Notes: generated by a model not told the origin, from the sequence alone. 64,000 nt of DNA from an uncultured Candidatus Rokubacteria bacterium (GCA_963758635.1 CAVWWD010000006.1:224001-288000), one strand, 5' to 3'. Positions 1-10,500 are shown, counted from the stretch's first letter. Translations and numbers: made by a program.

Positions 1-17
1 CGTCGAGAGGAGAGCGC

Positions 18-497
18 ATGACGGGCGAGCACGAGCGAGTGATCGAGAGGATCCGGTCGTCGGCCGCCGCGGTGGCGGCGGCGGTGCGGGCGGTGCCGGC
101 CGGCACGGCGCGGCAGGAGCCGGCGCCCGGCGAGTGGTCGGTGCACGAGACGCTGGCCCACGCGCGGAACGTCGCCGTGCTGTGCCTGGGCCTGCGGATC
201 AAGCGGCTGCTCTACGAGCGCGATCCCGTGTTCGGCGACTACGACGACGAGCCGGTCCGGCGCGACGCCGTGGCGCGCCCCGAGCCGCTCGAGCAGGTGC
301 TCGAGATGCTGGTCTCCGAGCACGCGCAGCTCGCCGGGCTCCTGTCGAGGCTGCCGGACGCGGACTGGACGCGGTCGGGCCGGCACCCGGAGCGGGGCGA
401 GATGTCCATCGAGATGATCGCGGGGTTCGCGGGTGAGCACGCCGAGGACCACGCCGGCCAGATCGCGCGGGCGGCGGAGGCCCTGCGCGCTCGGTAG
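18..497 (+). CDS. DinB/DinB_2 family protein
   Basis: PGEWSVHETLAH N-terminal motif and C-terminal EHAEDHAGQI (H-x3-H), typical of the DinB four-helix bundle; GGAG RBS. Confidence 0.8.
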   Translation: MTGEHERVIERIRSSAAAVAAAVRAVPAGTARQEPAPGEWSVHETLAHARNVAVLCLGLRIKRLLYERDPVFGDYDDEPVRRDAVARPEPLEQVLEMLVSEHAQLAGLLSRLPDADWTRSGRHPERGEMSIEMIAGFAGEHAEDHAGQIARAAEALRAR

Positions 498-570
498 CGG
501 CGTAGCGCCGCGTGCGGCGTCACGGCCGCCTCCCTCTACCTCCATCACGAGACACGCCGGGAGAGCGCAC

Positions 571-1179
571 ATGGCCAACGAGCGCGGATTCCTTCCCAAG
601 GCCGACCCCGCCGAGCTGGGCGAGCAGCTCCAGCGCCGGCTCGAACGCTGGCGGCAGAACGCCTACGACGACGACAACCTCTTCCTGACCATGGCGCGCC
701 GTCCGGGCCTGCTCGACGCCACGTGGGGCTTCATCCGGTACATCTACGGCGGCGAGTCCACGATCGATCCCGCGCTGTTCGAGCTGGTGCGGGTGCGGCT
801 GGCGTGGAACAACCGCTGCGTCCACTGAAGCCTCGCGCGCTCGTCCTCGGCCGTGAGCCGGGGCGCCACGGAAGACCTGGTCGCCAAGCTCGCCGACTAC
901 GAGGCCTCCGACCTGCCCGAGCGGACGAAGGCCGCGCTGCGCTTCGCCGACAAGCTCTCCGGCGACCACCGCGCGATCGACGCCGCGTTCCTCGCCGGGC
1001 TCCGCGACCACTTCACCGACGACGAGATCCTGGACCTCGGCATGACGATCGCGTTCGTCTCAGGCTGGCAGCGGTTCATCGAGGCCGTCGGCATCCTCCC
1101 CGACCACTGGCGCGAGGGCGGCCCCTCCCCCTTCCAGGCCCTGTTCGCTCCGGACACCCCGCGCGCCCCGGGCGCGTGA
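571..1179 (+). CDS. AhpD/carboxymuconolactone decarboxylase-like protein, probable selenoprotein (CxxU)
   Basis: ATG 571 after GGGAG; ...ELVRVRLAWNNRC-V-H-TGA(826-828) continues in frame into SLARSSSAVSRGATEDLV...ERTKAALRFADKL...LRDHFTDDEILDL, the C-terminal half of a CMD/AhpD fold. Confidence 0.8.
830..864 (+). promoter_or_regulatory. Candidate bacterial SECIS hairpin directly 3' of the UGA
   Basis: GCCTCG/CGGGGC and GCTC/GAGC stems enclosing GTCCTCGGCCGT, starting 2 nt after TGA 826-828. Confidence 0.5.
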
Positions 1180-1200
1180 CGCCGCGCCAGGGCACGCGGC

Positions 1201-1338
1201 GGGGGGGCGGAGGCCCGGGGTCGCGGGGCGACGTCGCACGCGTGCGCTACCCCGCTGGGACTGGGCTCCATCCGGGCGCACGGGGTCCGATGCCCGTTGG
1301 AGGGGAAGCACCCCGCGACCCCGGGCCTCCGCCCCCCC
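1201..1338. repeat. Structured repeat, copy 1 (MITE/REP-like or ncRNA)
   Basis: Perfect 28-bp terminal inverted repeat (1201-1228 / 1311-1338); internal 26-mer identical to copy 2 in the opposite orientation. Confidence 0.85.
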
Positions 1339-1373
1339 ACCGCTCCCGCCGCGTGCTCCGTCAGCGGAACGCC

Positions 1374-1521
1374 GGGGGCGGCGGGGAGGCACCGGGGGTC
1401 GCGGGGCCCTTCCCCTCCATCCGGCGACGGACGCCACGTGGCCGGATGGAGCCCAGTCCCAGCGGGGCAGCGGACGCGTGCGGCGTGGTTCCGCGACCCC
1501 CGGTGCCTCCCCGCCGCCCCC
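1374..1521. repeat. Structured repeat, copy 2 (inverted relative to copy 1)
   Basis: Perfect 31-bp terminal inverted repeat (1374-1404 / 1491-1521); flanked by the direct repeat CGTCAGCGGAACGC (1359-1372, 1538-1551). Confidence 0.85.
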
Positions 1522-1539
1522 GCCGCGCGCGGAGGCGCG

Positions 1540-2544
1540 TCAGCGGAACGCGGGCATCACGCTCTCGGCGAGCAGGCGGATCGTGCGGAGGACCTTCGCC
1601 TGCTCCATCCCCGGCCACTGGATGCGGAAGATGAAGGTGTTCACGCTCAGCTCGTCGACGTAGCGCCGGAGCTCGCGGACGCAGTCGTCGGGATCGCCGA
1701 TGACGAAGCGATCGCGCACCAGCTCCTCGAAGGCCAGGTCGAAGTGGTCCCCGCGCGGCAGCGCCTTGTCCTGCCCCCACGACGCGTAGGCGTTGTACTT
1801 CGCCTCCAGGAACGGCCGGCACTCCGCGAGCGCGGCGCGACGGTCCGGCGCCACGTACAGCTCCTTGATGATGGGCAGCTCGGCGGGGAACGGCTTGCCC
1901 TCGTCGGCGAGCGCCTTCCGGTAGATGGCCATCTGCTCGCGCAGGATCGAGAGCTTGGCGTGCGGGTTGATCACCCACGCGTCGGCCATGCGCGCCGCGC
2001 GCGCCACCGCGGCGTCGTTGTTTGCCGCGAACCAGAGGGGCGGGTGGGGCTTCTGGACGGGCTTGAGGGCCAGCCGCGCGCCCGTGAGCCGGTAGAAACG
2101 GCCGTGGTGGGTCACCTCGTCCTCGGTCCACAGGCGCCGGATCACCTCGAGGCTCTCGACGAGGCGGGGCACGCGCTCCTTCGCCTGCACGCCGAACGCC
2201 TCGTACTCCTGGTCGCGATAGCCGAGCCCGGCGCCGAAGACGAAGCGGCCCTCGGTGATGACGTTGAGGGTCGCCACCTGCTCGGCCACGTCGACCGGGT
2301 TCAGCAGCGGCAGCAGCAGCACGGTCGCGCCCACGCGCATCGTGCCGGCTTCCGCGGCGAGGCGCGCCAGCGCGGGCAGCGTCTGCAGCTCCTGGAACGG
2401 CGTGGAGAGGTAGTGCTGGCCCATCACCACGATGTCGAACCCGGCGTCGCGCGCGGCGCGCACCTGGTCCACGTGCTCGCGGAACCGCTCGACCATGGAC
2501 ACGCCGGGCGGGTGCTGCTTGGCGACGATCAGTCCGAAGCGCAT
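1540..2544 (-). CDS. LLM class (luciferase-like) flavin-dependent oxidoreductase
   Basis: MRFGL start, AARDAGFD..MGQHY, NPVDVAEQVATL, GRFVFGAGLGYRDQEY, KPVQKPHPPLW, IGDPDDC. Confidence 0.9.
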   Translation of the reverse strand: MRFGLIVAKQHPPGVSMVERFREHVDQVRAARDAGFDIVVMGQHYLSTPFQELQTLPALARLAAEAGTMRVGATVLLLPLLNPVDVAEQVATLNVITEGRFVFGAGLGYRDQEYEAFGVQAKERVPRLVESLEVIRRLWTEDEVTHHGRFYRLTGARLALKPVQKPHPPLWFAANNDAAVARAARMADAWVINPHAKLSILREQMAIYRKALADEGKPFPAELPIIKELYVAPDRRAALAECRPFLEAKYNAYASWGQDKALPRGDHFDLAFEELVRDRFVIGDPDDCVRELRRYVDELSVNTFIFRIQWPGMEQAKVLRTIRLLAESVMPAFR

Positions 2545-2790
2545 GGGGCCTCCTTTGGACTCGCGCGAGCGCTTCCCGCGCGTAGTGCACGGCGACCGAC
2601 CCCACAAGCCGCGCCGGCGCGTCGGTCGTGTCGCAGTCTGAGGCGGCCGATTCGAGCGGTTCCACCGAACTGATCGACTCCACGTCGCGCGGGGCCGTCG
2701 TCGGACGGGCGGAGCCTGTGCTAGCCTGTCGGGCGGTGAAGCGCGGCCTCGACGTCCCTCGGACCCTCGCAGACCAGGAGGAAGATCAGC

Positions 2791-3726
2791 ATGAGCACCA
2801 ATCGCGCCGTCGTGGTCGTTCCCGAAGCGCCCGGCCGCCTCGCCATCCAGCCGGTGCCGTTGCCCGCCCCGGACCGCGGCGAAGCGGTCGTGCGCGTGCA
2901 CGCCATCTCGCTGAACCGGGGCGAGGTGCGCCGCTCGGGCCAGGCCGCCGCGGGCTGGCGTCCCGGCTGGGACCTGGCCGGGGTCGTCGAGACGGCGGCG
3001 GCCGACGGGTCGGGACCGCAGGTCGGCGCGCGCGTCGTCGGCCTCCTGAACGAGGGCGCCTGGGCCGAGCGCGTCGCCGTGCCCACGCGCCACCTCGCGG
3101 CGCTGCCCGACAAGGTGACCTTCTCGCAGGCCGCGACGTTCCCGGTGGCCGGGCTCACCGCGCTCTATGCGCTGGCGCGCGGCGGGCTCGCGCTCGGATC
3201 CCGCGTGCTCGTGACGGGCGCAACGGGCGGCGTGGGCGACTTCGCCGTGCAGCTCGCGCGGCTGGCCGGCGCGCACGTCACCGCGAGCGTGCGCCGGGCC
3301 GATCAGGCGGGGACGGTCCGCGCGCTCGGCGCCCACGACGTCATCGTCGGCGACGACATCCCGGCCAGCCCGAAGCACGACGTGGTCATCGAGTCGGTGG
3401 GCGGCCGCACGCTCGGCGGAGCGCTCGGCGCGCTGACCGCGGGCGGGGTCTGCGTCACGCTCGGCGTGTCGGCGACCAGCGAGGTCACCTTCGACGCGCG
3501 CCAGTTCTTCGTCACGGGCCGCACGACGCTCTACGGCTTCTACCTCTTCACCGAGTTCGCCGGCCAGCCAGCGTCGCAGGGCCTCGCCCGCCTGGCCGAC
3601 CTGGTGGCCGCCGGCCAGCTCGCGCCGCATATCAGCGTGGAACGGCCGTGGACCGACATCTCCGCGGTGGCGCAGGACCTGATGGCCCGGCGCTTCCCGG
3701 GCAAGGCCGTGCTGACCCTCGTCTAG
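2791..3726 (+). CDS. Zinc-binding/MDR family quinone oxidoreductase-like dehydrogenase
   Basis: ISLNRGE, PGWDLAGVV, GAWAERVAV, VLVTGATGGVG, GKAVL; GGAGG RBS. Confidence 0.9.
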   Translation: MSTNRAVVVVPEAPGRLAIQPVPLPAPDRGEAVVRVHAISLNRGEVRRSGQAAAGWRPGWDLAGVVETAAADGSGPQVGARVVGLLNEGAWAERVAVPTRHLAALPDKVTFSQAATFPVAGLTALYALARGGLALGSRVLVTGATGGVGDFAVQLARLAGAHVTASVRRADQAGTVRALGAHDVIVGDDIPASPKHDVVIESVGGRTLGGALGALTAGGVCVTLGVSATSEVTFDARQFFVTGRTTLYGFYLFTEFAGQPASQGLARLADLVAAGQLAPHISVERPWTDISAVAQDLMARRFPGKAVLTLV

Positions 3727-3810
3727 CAAGCGATCCCCGGGGTAATTCCGATGAGCGCGGCCCGCGGACGCGGTTCACGACCTGCGGGAGGGGTACCGTC
3801 CGGCCGGACG

Positions 3811-5391
3811 ATGGGCCGGCGACGGTTCCTGGGCGGGGCGCTCGCCCTCGCGACGGCGGGGCTCGCGACGCGGACGAGCTTCGCAGACGAGCCGCCGGCG
3901 CGGCCGGCGGGGCCCCTCGGCGCGCCGGCCTGGTCCGGTGGCTCACCCTTCACCCTCGGGGTGGCGTCCGGCTATCCGCTCCCGACCGGCGTGGTCCTCT
4001 GGACGCGGCTGGCGCCCGCGCCGCTCATCCCGGGCGGCGGCATGCCGCGGGAGACGGTGCCCGTCGACTGGGAGGTCGCCACCGACGACCGCATGGCGAA
4101 CGTCGTGCGGCACGGCACGGCGGTGGCCTCTCCGGACTGGGCGCATGCGGTGCACGTGGAGGTGGAGGGGCTCGAGCCGGGTCGCTGGTACTGGTACCGG
4201 TTCCGTGCGAGCGGCGAGGTGAGCGCGATCGGCCGCACGCGCACCGCGCCCGCCGCCGGCGCCGTGCCCGACCGCCTCCGCTTCGCCTTCGCGTCCTGCC
4301 AGCACTGGGAGCAGGGCTACTTCGGCGCCTACCCCCATCTGGTCGCCGACGATCCCGACCTCGTCGTGTTCCTCGGCGACTACATCTACGAGTCCGCCAG
4401 GAGCCGCGAGACGGTCCGCAAGTTCGGCGCGCCGGAGCCCCGCACGCTGGAGGACTACCGCGCGCGTCACGCGCTGTACAAGACGGATCGCGACCTGCAG
4501 GCCGCGCACGCCGCGTGCCCGTGGGTGGTGACGTGGGACGATCACGAGGTCGCCAACGACTACGCGGACGATCGCTCCCAGGACCTGCAGCCCCGCGAGC
4601 AGTTCCTGGCGCGGCGGGCCGCCGCCTACCGCGCCTACTACGAGCACATGCCGCTCCGACGGGAGATGGCGCCCACCGGGCCCCACATGCGGCTCTTCTC
4701 GCGGGTGGCCTTCGGCAACCTCGCCCAGTTCCACCTGCTCGACGACCGTCAATACCGCACGTACCAGCCGTGCGCGCCGCCCGGCCGCGGGGGCTCGACC
4801 ACCGTCGAGGACTGCGCGGAGCGCCTCGACCACCGCCAGACCATGCTCGGCATGGCGCAGGAGCGCTGGCTCGAGGCTGGCCTCGACGGGTCCCAGGCGC
4901 GCTGGAACGTCGTCGGCCAGCAGACGCTGATGGCCCAGCTCGACCGCAACCCGGGGACCGGCCAGCAGTTCTGGACCGACGGCTGGGACGGCTACCCGCT
5001 GGCCCGCCGGCGCCTCCTCGACTATCTCGGCGCGCGCAAGCCGTCGAACCCCGTCGTCATCGGGGGCGACGTGCACTCGTTCTGGGTGACCGACCTCCGG
5101 CCCGACTTCGACGACGCGCGCTCGCCCGTGGTGGCCACGGAGCTCGCGGGCACCTCGATCACGTCGCGTTTCCCGGTGGGCCAGACGCTCCTCGAGATGG
5201 TGCTCGGCGACAACCCGCACGTCCGGTTCGCGAACGGCACCCGCCGCGGCTACGTGCGCGTCGACGTCACGTCCCGGCGCCTCCGGGCGGACTTCCGGGC
5301 GCTGCGCAGCGTGACCCAGCCGCGCAGCGAGATCGACACGCTGGCCTCGTTCGTCGTGGAGGACGGCCGCCCCGGCGCCGTCCGATCCTGA
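3811..5391 (+). CDS. phoD: Alkaline phosphatase D family protein, Tat-exported
   Basis: RRRFL Tat signal; FTLGVASG, FASCQH, LGDYIYE, WDDHEV, LLDDRQYR, DGWDGY, GDVHS. The start could be 3751. Confidence 0.9.
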   Translation: MGRRRFLGGALALATAGLATRTSFADEPPARPAGPLGAPAWSGGSPFTLGVASGYPLPTGVVLWTRLAPAPLIPGGGMPRETVPVDWEVATDDRMANVVRHGTAVASPDWAHAVHVEVEGLEPGRWYWYRFRASGEVSAIGRTRTAPAAGAVPDRLRFAFASCQHWEQGYFGAYPHLVADDPDLVVFLGDYIYESARSRETVRKFGAPEPRTLEDYRARHALYKTDRDLQAAHAACPWVVTWDDHEVANDYADDRSQDLQPREQFLARRAAAYRAYYEHMPLRREMAPTGPHMRLFSRVAFGNLAQFHLLDDRQYRTYQPCAPPGRGGSTTVEDCAERLDHRQTMLGMAQERWLEAGLDGSQARWNVVGQQTLMAQLDRNPGTGQQFWTDGWDGYPLARRRLLDYLGARKPSNPVVIGGDVHSFWVTDLRPDFDDARSPVVATELAGTSITSRFPVGQTLLEMVLGDNPHVRFANGTRRGYVRVDVTSRRLRADFRALRSVTQPRSEIDTLASFVVEDGRPGAVRS

Positions 5392-5394
5392 AAA

Positions 5395-5448
5395 CCCTCT
5401 CCCCTCGGGGGAGAGGGCAGGGTGAGGGGCGGTAGCAACAGCACACGC
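5395..5448 (+). repeat. BoxC/REP-like palindromic repeat
   Basis: CCCTCTCCCC-loop-GGGGAGAGGG-CAGGGTGAGGGGCGGTAGCA; six related copies in the window. Confidence 0.85.
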
Positions 5449-5530
5449 CGTGACGCTCCCAACGCGAGAATCCCGGGGTGATGACGCGGCGCGCGGTATA
5501 GTCGAGGCCGAGACCTCCAGGAGGGCGCCG

Positions 5531-6721
5531 ATGGCCGACGTGTCGTTGAACCTGATGGACCCGGAGTTCGTCGCCAACCCCTACCCGACCTATCACCGGC
5601 TCCGCGCCGAGGACCCGGTGCACCGGAGCCCGCTGGGCTTCTGGGTGCTCACCCGCTACGAGGACGTGGTGGCCTCGCTGCGCGATCCGCGCTTCGGCAA
5701 GGAAGCGATCGCCAGCTACATCGCCGCGCGCCTCGGCTACGCCCCGCCCGGCATCGGGCTGTCCATGCTCGACCGCGATCCGCCGGACCACACGCGGCTG
5801 CGCGGGCTCGTGAGCAAGGCGTTCACCCCGCGCGTGGTCGACGGGCTCCGGCCCCACATCCAGGACATCGTGAACGGGCTCCTCGACCGCGTGCAGGGCG
5901 AGGGCGCCATGGACCTGATCGAGGACTTCGCCTATCCCCTGCCCGTCATCGTCATCTGCGAGATGCTCGGCGTTCCCGTCGCCGACCGTGACCGCTTCAA
6001 GGGCTGGGGGCTCGACATCGCGCGGGGCCTGGACGGGATCCTGCTGCCCCCGGACTCGGACGTGGCCAAGCAAAGCATCGACTCGCGCCAGGCCCTGGCC
6101 GGCTACTTCCGCGAGCTGATCGCCGAGCGCCGGCAGAGTCCGCGCGACGACATGCTCTCCGGGCTCATCGCCGCGGAGGAGGCGGGCGACAAGCTCAACG
6201 AGAACGAGCTGCTCGCCACCTGCATCCTGCTCCTCGTGGCCGGCCACGAGACCACCGTGAACCTCATCGGCAACGGGAGCCTCGCCCTCCTGCGCCACCC
6301 CGCGGAGCTCCGCCGGCTGCGCGAGAACCCGTCCCTGATCGGCAGCGCGGTGGAGGAGCTGCTGCGCTACGACGGCCCCGTGCAGCGGACCGCGCGCGTG
6401 CCCAGCGAGGACGTGACGGTGGGCGGGAAGACCATCGGCAAGGGCGAGATGGTGATGCCGTTCATCGGCGCCGCCGACCGCGATCCCGCGCAGTTCCCCG
6501 AGCCGGATCGGCTCGACATCACGCGCGGCGACAACCGGCACATCGCCTTCGGGTGGGGGATCCACTTCTGCCTGGGCGCGCCGCTCGCGCGGATCGAGGG
6601 CGCGACCGCCATCAACACGCTGGCGCAGCGGATGCCCAAGCTCGCGCTGGCCACCGACAAGCCCGAGCACCGCCAGAGCCTGACCCTGCGAGGCCTCAGC
6701 GCGCTGCCCGTGACCTTTTAA
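5531..6721 (+). CDS. Cytochrome P450
   Basis: DPPDHTRLR, AGHETT I-helix, EELLRY (ExxR), heme motif FGWGIHFCLG. Confidence 0.95.
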   Translation: MADVSLNLMDPEFVANPYPTYHRLRAEDPVHRSPLGFWVLTRYEDVVASLRDPRFGKEAIASYIAARLGYAPPGIGLSMLDRDPPDHTRLRGLVSKAFTPRVVDGLRPHIQDIVNGLLDRVQGEGAMDLIEDFAYPLPVIVICEMLGVPVADRDRFKGWGLDIARGLDGILLPPDSDVAKQSIDSRQALAGYFRELIAERRQSPRDDMLSGLIAAEEAGDKLNENELLATCILLLVAGHETTVNLIGNGSLALLRHPAELRRLRENPSLIGSAVEELLRYDGPVQRTARVPSEDVTVGGKTIGKGEMVMPFIGAADRDPAQFPEPDRLDITRGDNRHIAFGWGIHFCLGAPLARIEGATAINTLAQRMPKLALATDKPEHRQSLTLRGLSALPVTF

Positions 6722-6775
6722 CCCTCTCCCCCTTCTGGGGGAGAGGGCAGGGTGAGGGGCGGTAGCACAAGCACG
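6722..6775 (+). repeat. BoxC/REP-like palindromic repeat
   Basis: Near-identical direct copy of 5395-5448, immediately after the P450 stop. Confidence 0.85.
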
Positions 6776-6811
6776 AGGGCGGACGAAGACGGGAGTTCGT
6801 AGGTCGACCGA

Positions 6812-6848
6812 CCCTCACCCCGGCCCTCTCCCTGGAAGGGAGAGGGGG
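6812..6848 (-). repeat. BoxC/REP-like palindromic repeat (inverted)
   Basis: CCCTCACCCCGGCCCTCTCCCTGGAAGGGAGAGGG just 3' of clpX. Confidence 0.8.
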
Positions 6849-6855
6849 ACCTGCT

Positions 6856-8112
6856 CTACGCGGACTGCTCCTTCTGCTCCGAGATCAGGATGGGGCGGTC
6901 CTTGTTCAGGATGACCTCGCGCGTGATCATGCACTCCTTGAGCCCCGGGATCGACGGGAGCTCGTACATGATCTCGAGCATGACCTCCTCGAGCACCGCG
7001 CGCAGGCCGCGCGCGCCGGTGCCGCGCTTCATCGCCTCGCGCGACACCGCGGCGACCGCGTCGTCGGTGAACTTCAGGCGCACGCGCTCGAGCTCGAAGT
7101 ACTTCTGGTACTGCTTGATGATCGCGTTCTTCGGCTCGCGGAGGATGCGGACGAGCGCGGCCTCGTCGAGGTCGTGGAGGGTGGCCACCACGGGCAGGCG
7201 CCCGACGAACTCCGGGATCATCCCGTACTTCAGCAGGTCCTCGGGCTGCACCATCAGGAGCAGGTCGCCCACGCGCCGGTCGTCGCGGCTCTTCACGTCG
7301 GCGCCGAAGCCCATGCCGCTCCGGCCCACGCGGTTCTCCACGATCTTGTCCAGCCCCACGAAGGCGCCGCCGCAGATGAACAGCACGTTGGTGGTGTCGA
7401 CCTGGATGAACTCCTGGTGCGGGTGCTTGCGGCCGCCCTGGGGCGGCACGTTGGCCACCGTGCCCTCGAGGATCTTCAGCAGCGCCTGCTGCACGCCCTC
7501 GCCCGACACGTCGCGCGTGATCGAGGGGTTCTCGCTCTTCCGCGCGATCTTGTCGATCTCGTCGATGTAGACGATGCCGCGCTGGGCGCGCTCCACGTCG
7601 TAGTCCGCGGCCTGGAGGAGGCGGAGGATGATGTTCTCCACGTCCTCGCCCACGTAGCCGGCCTCGGTGAGCGTGGTCGCGTCGGCGATCGTGAACGGGA
7701 CCTGGAGCATCTTGGCGAGGGTCTGGGCGAGGAGCGTCTTGCCCGAGCCCGTCGGGCCCACGAGGAGGATGTTGGCCTTCTGCAGCTCGACCTCCCCGGC
7801 CTCGGAGCCGGCCTCGATGCGCTTGTAGTGGTTGTGGACGGCGACGGCGAGGATCTTCTTGGCCCGGTCCTGCCCGACCACGTACTGGTCGAGCACGGTC
7901 TTGATCTCCGAGGGCTTCGGGAGGCTCCGGATCTCCCGGCTCTTCTCCTCCTCCCACTCCTCCGCGATGATGTCGTTGCAGAGCTCGATGCACTCGTCGC
8001 AGATGTACACCGTGGGGCCGGCGATGAGCTTGCGGACGTCGTTCTGGCTCTTGCCGCAGAACGAGCACTTCAGCGCGCCGCCGCTGCCGCCGCTGTCGCG
8101 CGTGCGCGCCAT
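6856..8112 (-). CDS. clpX: ATP-dependent Clp protease ATP-binding subunit ClpX
   Basis: CSFCGK zinc finger, [38 protein letters not shown]. Confidence 0.99.
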   Translation of the reverse strand: MARTRDSGGSGGALKCSFCGKSQNDVRKLIAGPTVYICDECIELCNDIIAEEWEEEKSREIRSLPKPSEIKTVLDQYVVGQDRAKKILAVAVHNHYKRIEAGSEAGEVELQKANILLVGPTGSGKTLLAQTLAKMLQVPFTIADATTLTEAGYVGEDVENIILRLLQAADYDVERAQRGIVYIDEIDKIARKSENPSITRDVSGEGVQQALLKILEGTVANVPPQGGRKHPHQEFIQVDTTNVLFICGGAFVGLDKIVENRVGRSGMGFGADVKSRDDRRVGDLLLMVQPEDLLKYGMIPEFVGRLPVVATLHDLDEAALVRILREPKNAIIKQYQKYFELERVRLKFTDDAVAAVSREAMKRGTGARGLRAVLEEVMLEIMYELPSIPGLKECMITREVILNKDRPILISEQKEQSA

Positions 8113-8121
8113 GGGACGCCG

Positions 8122-8763
8122 CTACCTCGCCGCCACCGCCGTGTCGGGCACCGACCGCGGCGTCGGCTTGGACGAGATCACCTCGTCGACGATGCGGTAC
8201 TCCTTCGCCTGCTCCGCGGTCATGAAGAAGTCGCGGTCGGTGTCCTTGGTGATCTTGGTCATGTCCTGCCCGGTGTGGTGGACGAGGATGCGGTTGAGCT
8301 CCTCGCGCATGCGGAGGATCTCGCGGGCCTGGATGTCGATGTCGGTGGCCTGCCCCTGCACGCCGCCCAGCGGCTGGTGGATCATGATGCGGGCGTGCGG
8401 CAGCGCGAAGCGCTTGCCCTTCGCGCCCGCGGTGAGGAGCAGCGCGCCCATCGAGGCCGCCTGCCCCATGCAGATGGTGGACACGTCGGGCTTCACGTAC
8501 TGCATGGTGTCGTAGATGGCCATGCCCGCGGTCACCGACCCGCCCGGCGAGTTGATGTACAGGTTGATGTCCTTGTCGGGATCGTCGGCCTCGAGGAAGA
8601 GCATCTGCGCGATCACGAGGTTGGCGATCTCGTCCTCGATGTACGTCGGGAGGAAGATGATCCGCTCCTTGAGGAGGCGGGAGAAGATGTCGAACGCGCG
8701 CTCGCCGCGGGGCGTCTGCTCGACCACCATCGGAACCAGACCCATCGGACGTCTCCTTGCCAT
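8122..8763 (-). CDS. clpP: ATP-dependent Clp protease proteolytic subunit
   Basis: [44 protein letters not shown]; the start may be 8745. Confidence 0.99.
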   Translation of the reverse strand: MARRRPMGLVPMVVEQTPRGERAFDIFSRLLKERIIFLPTYIEDEIANLVIAQMLFLEADDPDKDINLYINSPGGSVTAGMAIYDTMQYVKPDVSTICMGQAASMGALLLTAGAKGKRFALPHARIMIHQPLGGVQGQATDIDIQAREILRMREELNRILVHHTGQDMTKITKDTDRDFFMTAEQAKEYRIVDEVISSKPTPRSVPDTAVAAR

Positions 8764-8780
8764 GGCGGCAGTAATATAAC

Positions 8781-10049
8781 TCAGGCCGTGACCCGGGCCC
8801 GCTCGATCAAGAGGTCCATCACCCGCCGCTCTCGCATCGAGAAGCGCAGGCTGTCCAGGTCACCGCTCTGCTCCATCATACGACGCACCGCCGGGGCCGG
8901 CCGCTGGCTCGCCTGGGCGATGCGCTCGACCTCCGCGTCCACGTCCGCGTCGCCCGGCATGAGGCCTTCCTTCTCGGCGATGGCCTCGAGGAGGAGCGTG
9001 CGGCGGACGGCCTTCTCCGCCCCCGGCCGCATCTCCTCCAGCAGCTTCTTGTAGTCCCACGGGAGCTTGTCGGGGTCCACGCCCTGGCGCCGCACGCGCT
9101 CGCGCGCGTGCTCGATGGCGTGGCCGACCTGGCGGAGGACCAGGGCCTCCGGGACCTGGAACGGATGCGCGGTGAGGAGGGCCTCCGCCACCGCCTCTTC
9201 GAGGCCGGCGCGGTTCTCGCGCTCCCGGCGCGCCTCCAGCTCCTTCCGGGCCTCGCCGCGGAGCGCCTCCAGCGTCTCGAAGGCGCCCACCGTCTTGGCG
9301 AAGTCGTCGTCGAGCGTGGGGAGCACCTTCTCCTTCACCTCGCGCACGGTCACGGTGGCGTCGCCGGACTTGCCGCGGATGGCCTCCGTGCGGTGATCGT
9401 CGGGGAACCGGACCCGCGCCTGGCGCGTCCCGCCCGGGACGAGGCCGATGATGGCCTCCTCCAGCTCCGGCATCACCTGCCCCTGGCCGAGCATGATGGG
9501 GTAGCCGGTCTCGCTCCGGGGCTCCATGCCCTCGGGCGTCAGCGTGTAGTCGACCATCACGAGGTCGCCCAGGTCGGCGGCGCGCTCGACGGCGCGGAAC
9601 TCCGCGTGCTGCTCACGGAGCTGGGAGAGCGCCTCGTCCACCTCGCTCTCGCCGAACGGCTTGGGGGTGTGGCTCACCGCCACGCCGCTGTACTCGCCGA
9701 GCTCGATGGCGGGCTTGATCTCCACGACGGCCGAGAAGGACAGCGGGGCGTCCTCCTCGAGGCGGACCTCCTGCAGGTCCGGCTCCTCCACCGGCTTGAT
9801 CTGGGTCTCGGCCAGCGCCTGCCGGTACACGTCGGGGATGAGGTTGCGGGCCACCTCCTGCTTGACGTCGTCCGCGAAGTGGATCTTGATCATGCTCCGC
9901 GGCACCTTGCCCTTGCGAAACCCGGGCAGCTTGGCCTCCCGCTGGACGCGGTTGAAGGCCCGCTCCCACGCCTCCCGGACCACGTCCGGGGTCTCCTCGA
10001 CCTGCAGCCGCCGCTTGCAGGCGCCGATCTCCTCGATCTCGACTTTCAT
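8781..10049 (-). CDS. tig: Trigger factor
   Basis: PGFRKGKVP ribosome-binding motif, FKBP-like middle domain, conserved tig-clpP-clpX order. Confidence 0.97.
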   Translation of the reverse strand: MKVEIEEIGACKRRLQVEETPDVVREAWERAFNRVQREAKLPGFRKGKVPRSMIKIHFADDVKQEVARNLIPDVYRQALAETQIKPVEEPDLQEVRLEEDAPLSFSAVVEIKPAIELGEYSGVAVSHTPKPFGESEVDEALSQLREQHAEFRAVERAADLGDLVMVDYTLTPEGMEPRSETGYPIMLGQGQVMPELEEAIIGLVPGGTRQARVRFPDDHRTEAIRGKSGDATVTVREVKEKVLPTLDDDFAKTVGAFETLEALRGEARKELEARRERENRAGLEEAVAEALLTAHPFQVPEALVLRQVGHAIEHARERVRRQGVDPDKLPWDYKKLLEEMRPGAEKAVRRTLLLEAIAEKEGLMPGDADVDAEVERIAQASQRPAPAVRRMMEQSGDLDSLRFSMRERRVMDLLIERARVTA

Positions 10050-10134
10050 GCGTCCTCTCTGACGTTGTGATGATGCGCGGCTCAAGCGGCCCGGTCGCGC
10101 GCCGCCCGGGGATCACCGCTGCCCGGCTGAGGGT

Positions 10135-10220
10135 TGGTGCGAGAGGGGGGACTCGAACCCCCACGGGATTGACCCTCTGGATCCTAAGTCCAGCGCGTCT
10201 GCCAGTTCCGCCACTCTCGC
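10135..10220 (-). tRNA. tRNA-Leu (anticodon TAG)
   Basis: GCGAGAGTGGCGGAACTGGCAGACGCGCTGGAC-TTAGGA-TCCAG, long variable arm, GGTTCGAGTCC, encoded CCA end; usual position upstream of tig. Confidence 0.97.
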
Positions 10221-10500
10221 ACGGATCGCGCCGATGTCGATCGGGACACCGCCGCTCATCCGGGTCCATCCGGCTCGTCATCGGAGCCCCGAGACCACGA
10301 GAACGGGGGGAACGCCGAACGTCACGGACTCGGACCGGGCGGGCGGCTCGACCAAGGATAGCACAGGGCTCCGGGGTCACCGCGGGCGCCGGGCGGCACG
10401 CAACCCCGGGCGGGCGGGCGCCCGTATACCTTGCTTGACGGGCCCGATGCCCCCCTCTACGCTCGCCGTGGAGCCGACTCGGCAGCCCCTCGAGGCCACG

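Noticed and set aside
1240..1470. Cobalamin riboswitch-like words (CTGCCCCGC, ACTGGG...GGGAAG) in the paired repeats
   Set aside because: No AGGGAA/CGGTG core or B12 box, and the site lies between convergent 3' ends rather than in a leader
2628..5435. Very long Arg/Pro/Gly-rich alternative-frame ORFs (also 17149-19785, 37665-39752, 50759-54358 and others)
   Set aside because: Shadow ORFs typical of high-GC DNA, overlapping well-supported genes
10135..10220. tRNA-Leu as an integration site
   Set aside because: No integrase and no duplicated tRNA 3' end seen; the tRNA-tig-clpP-clpX order is intact
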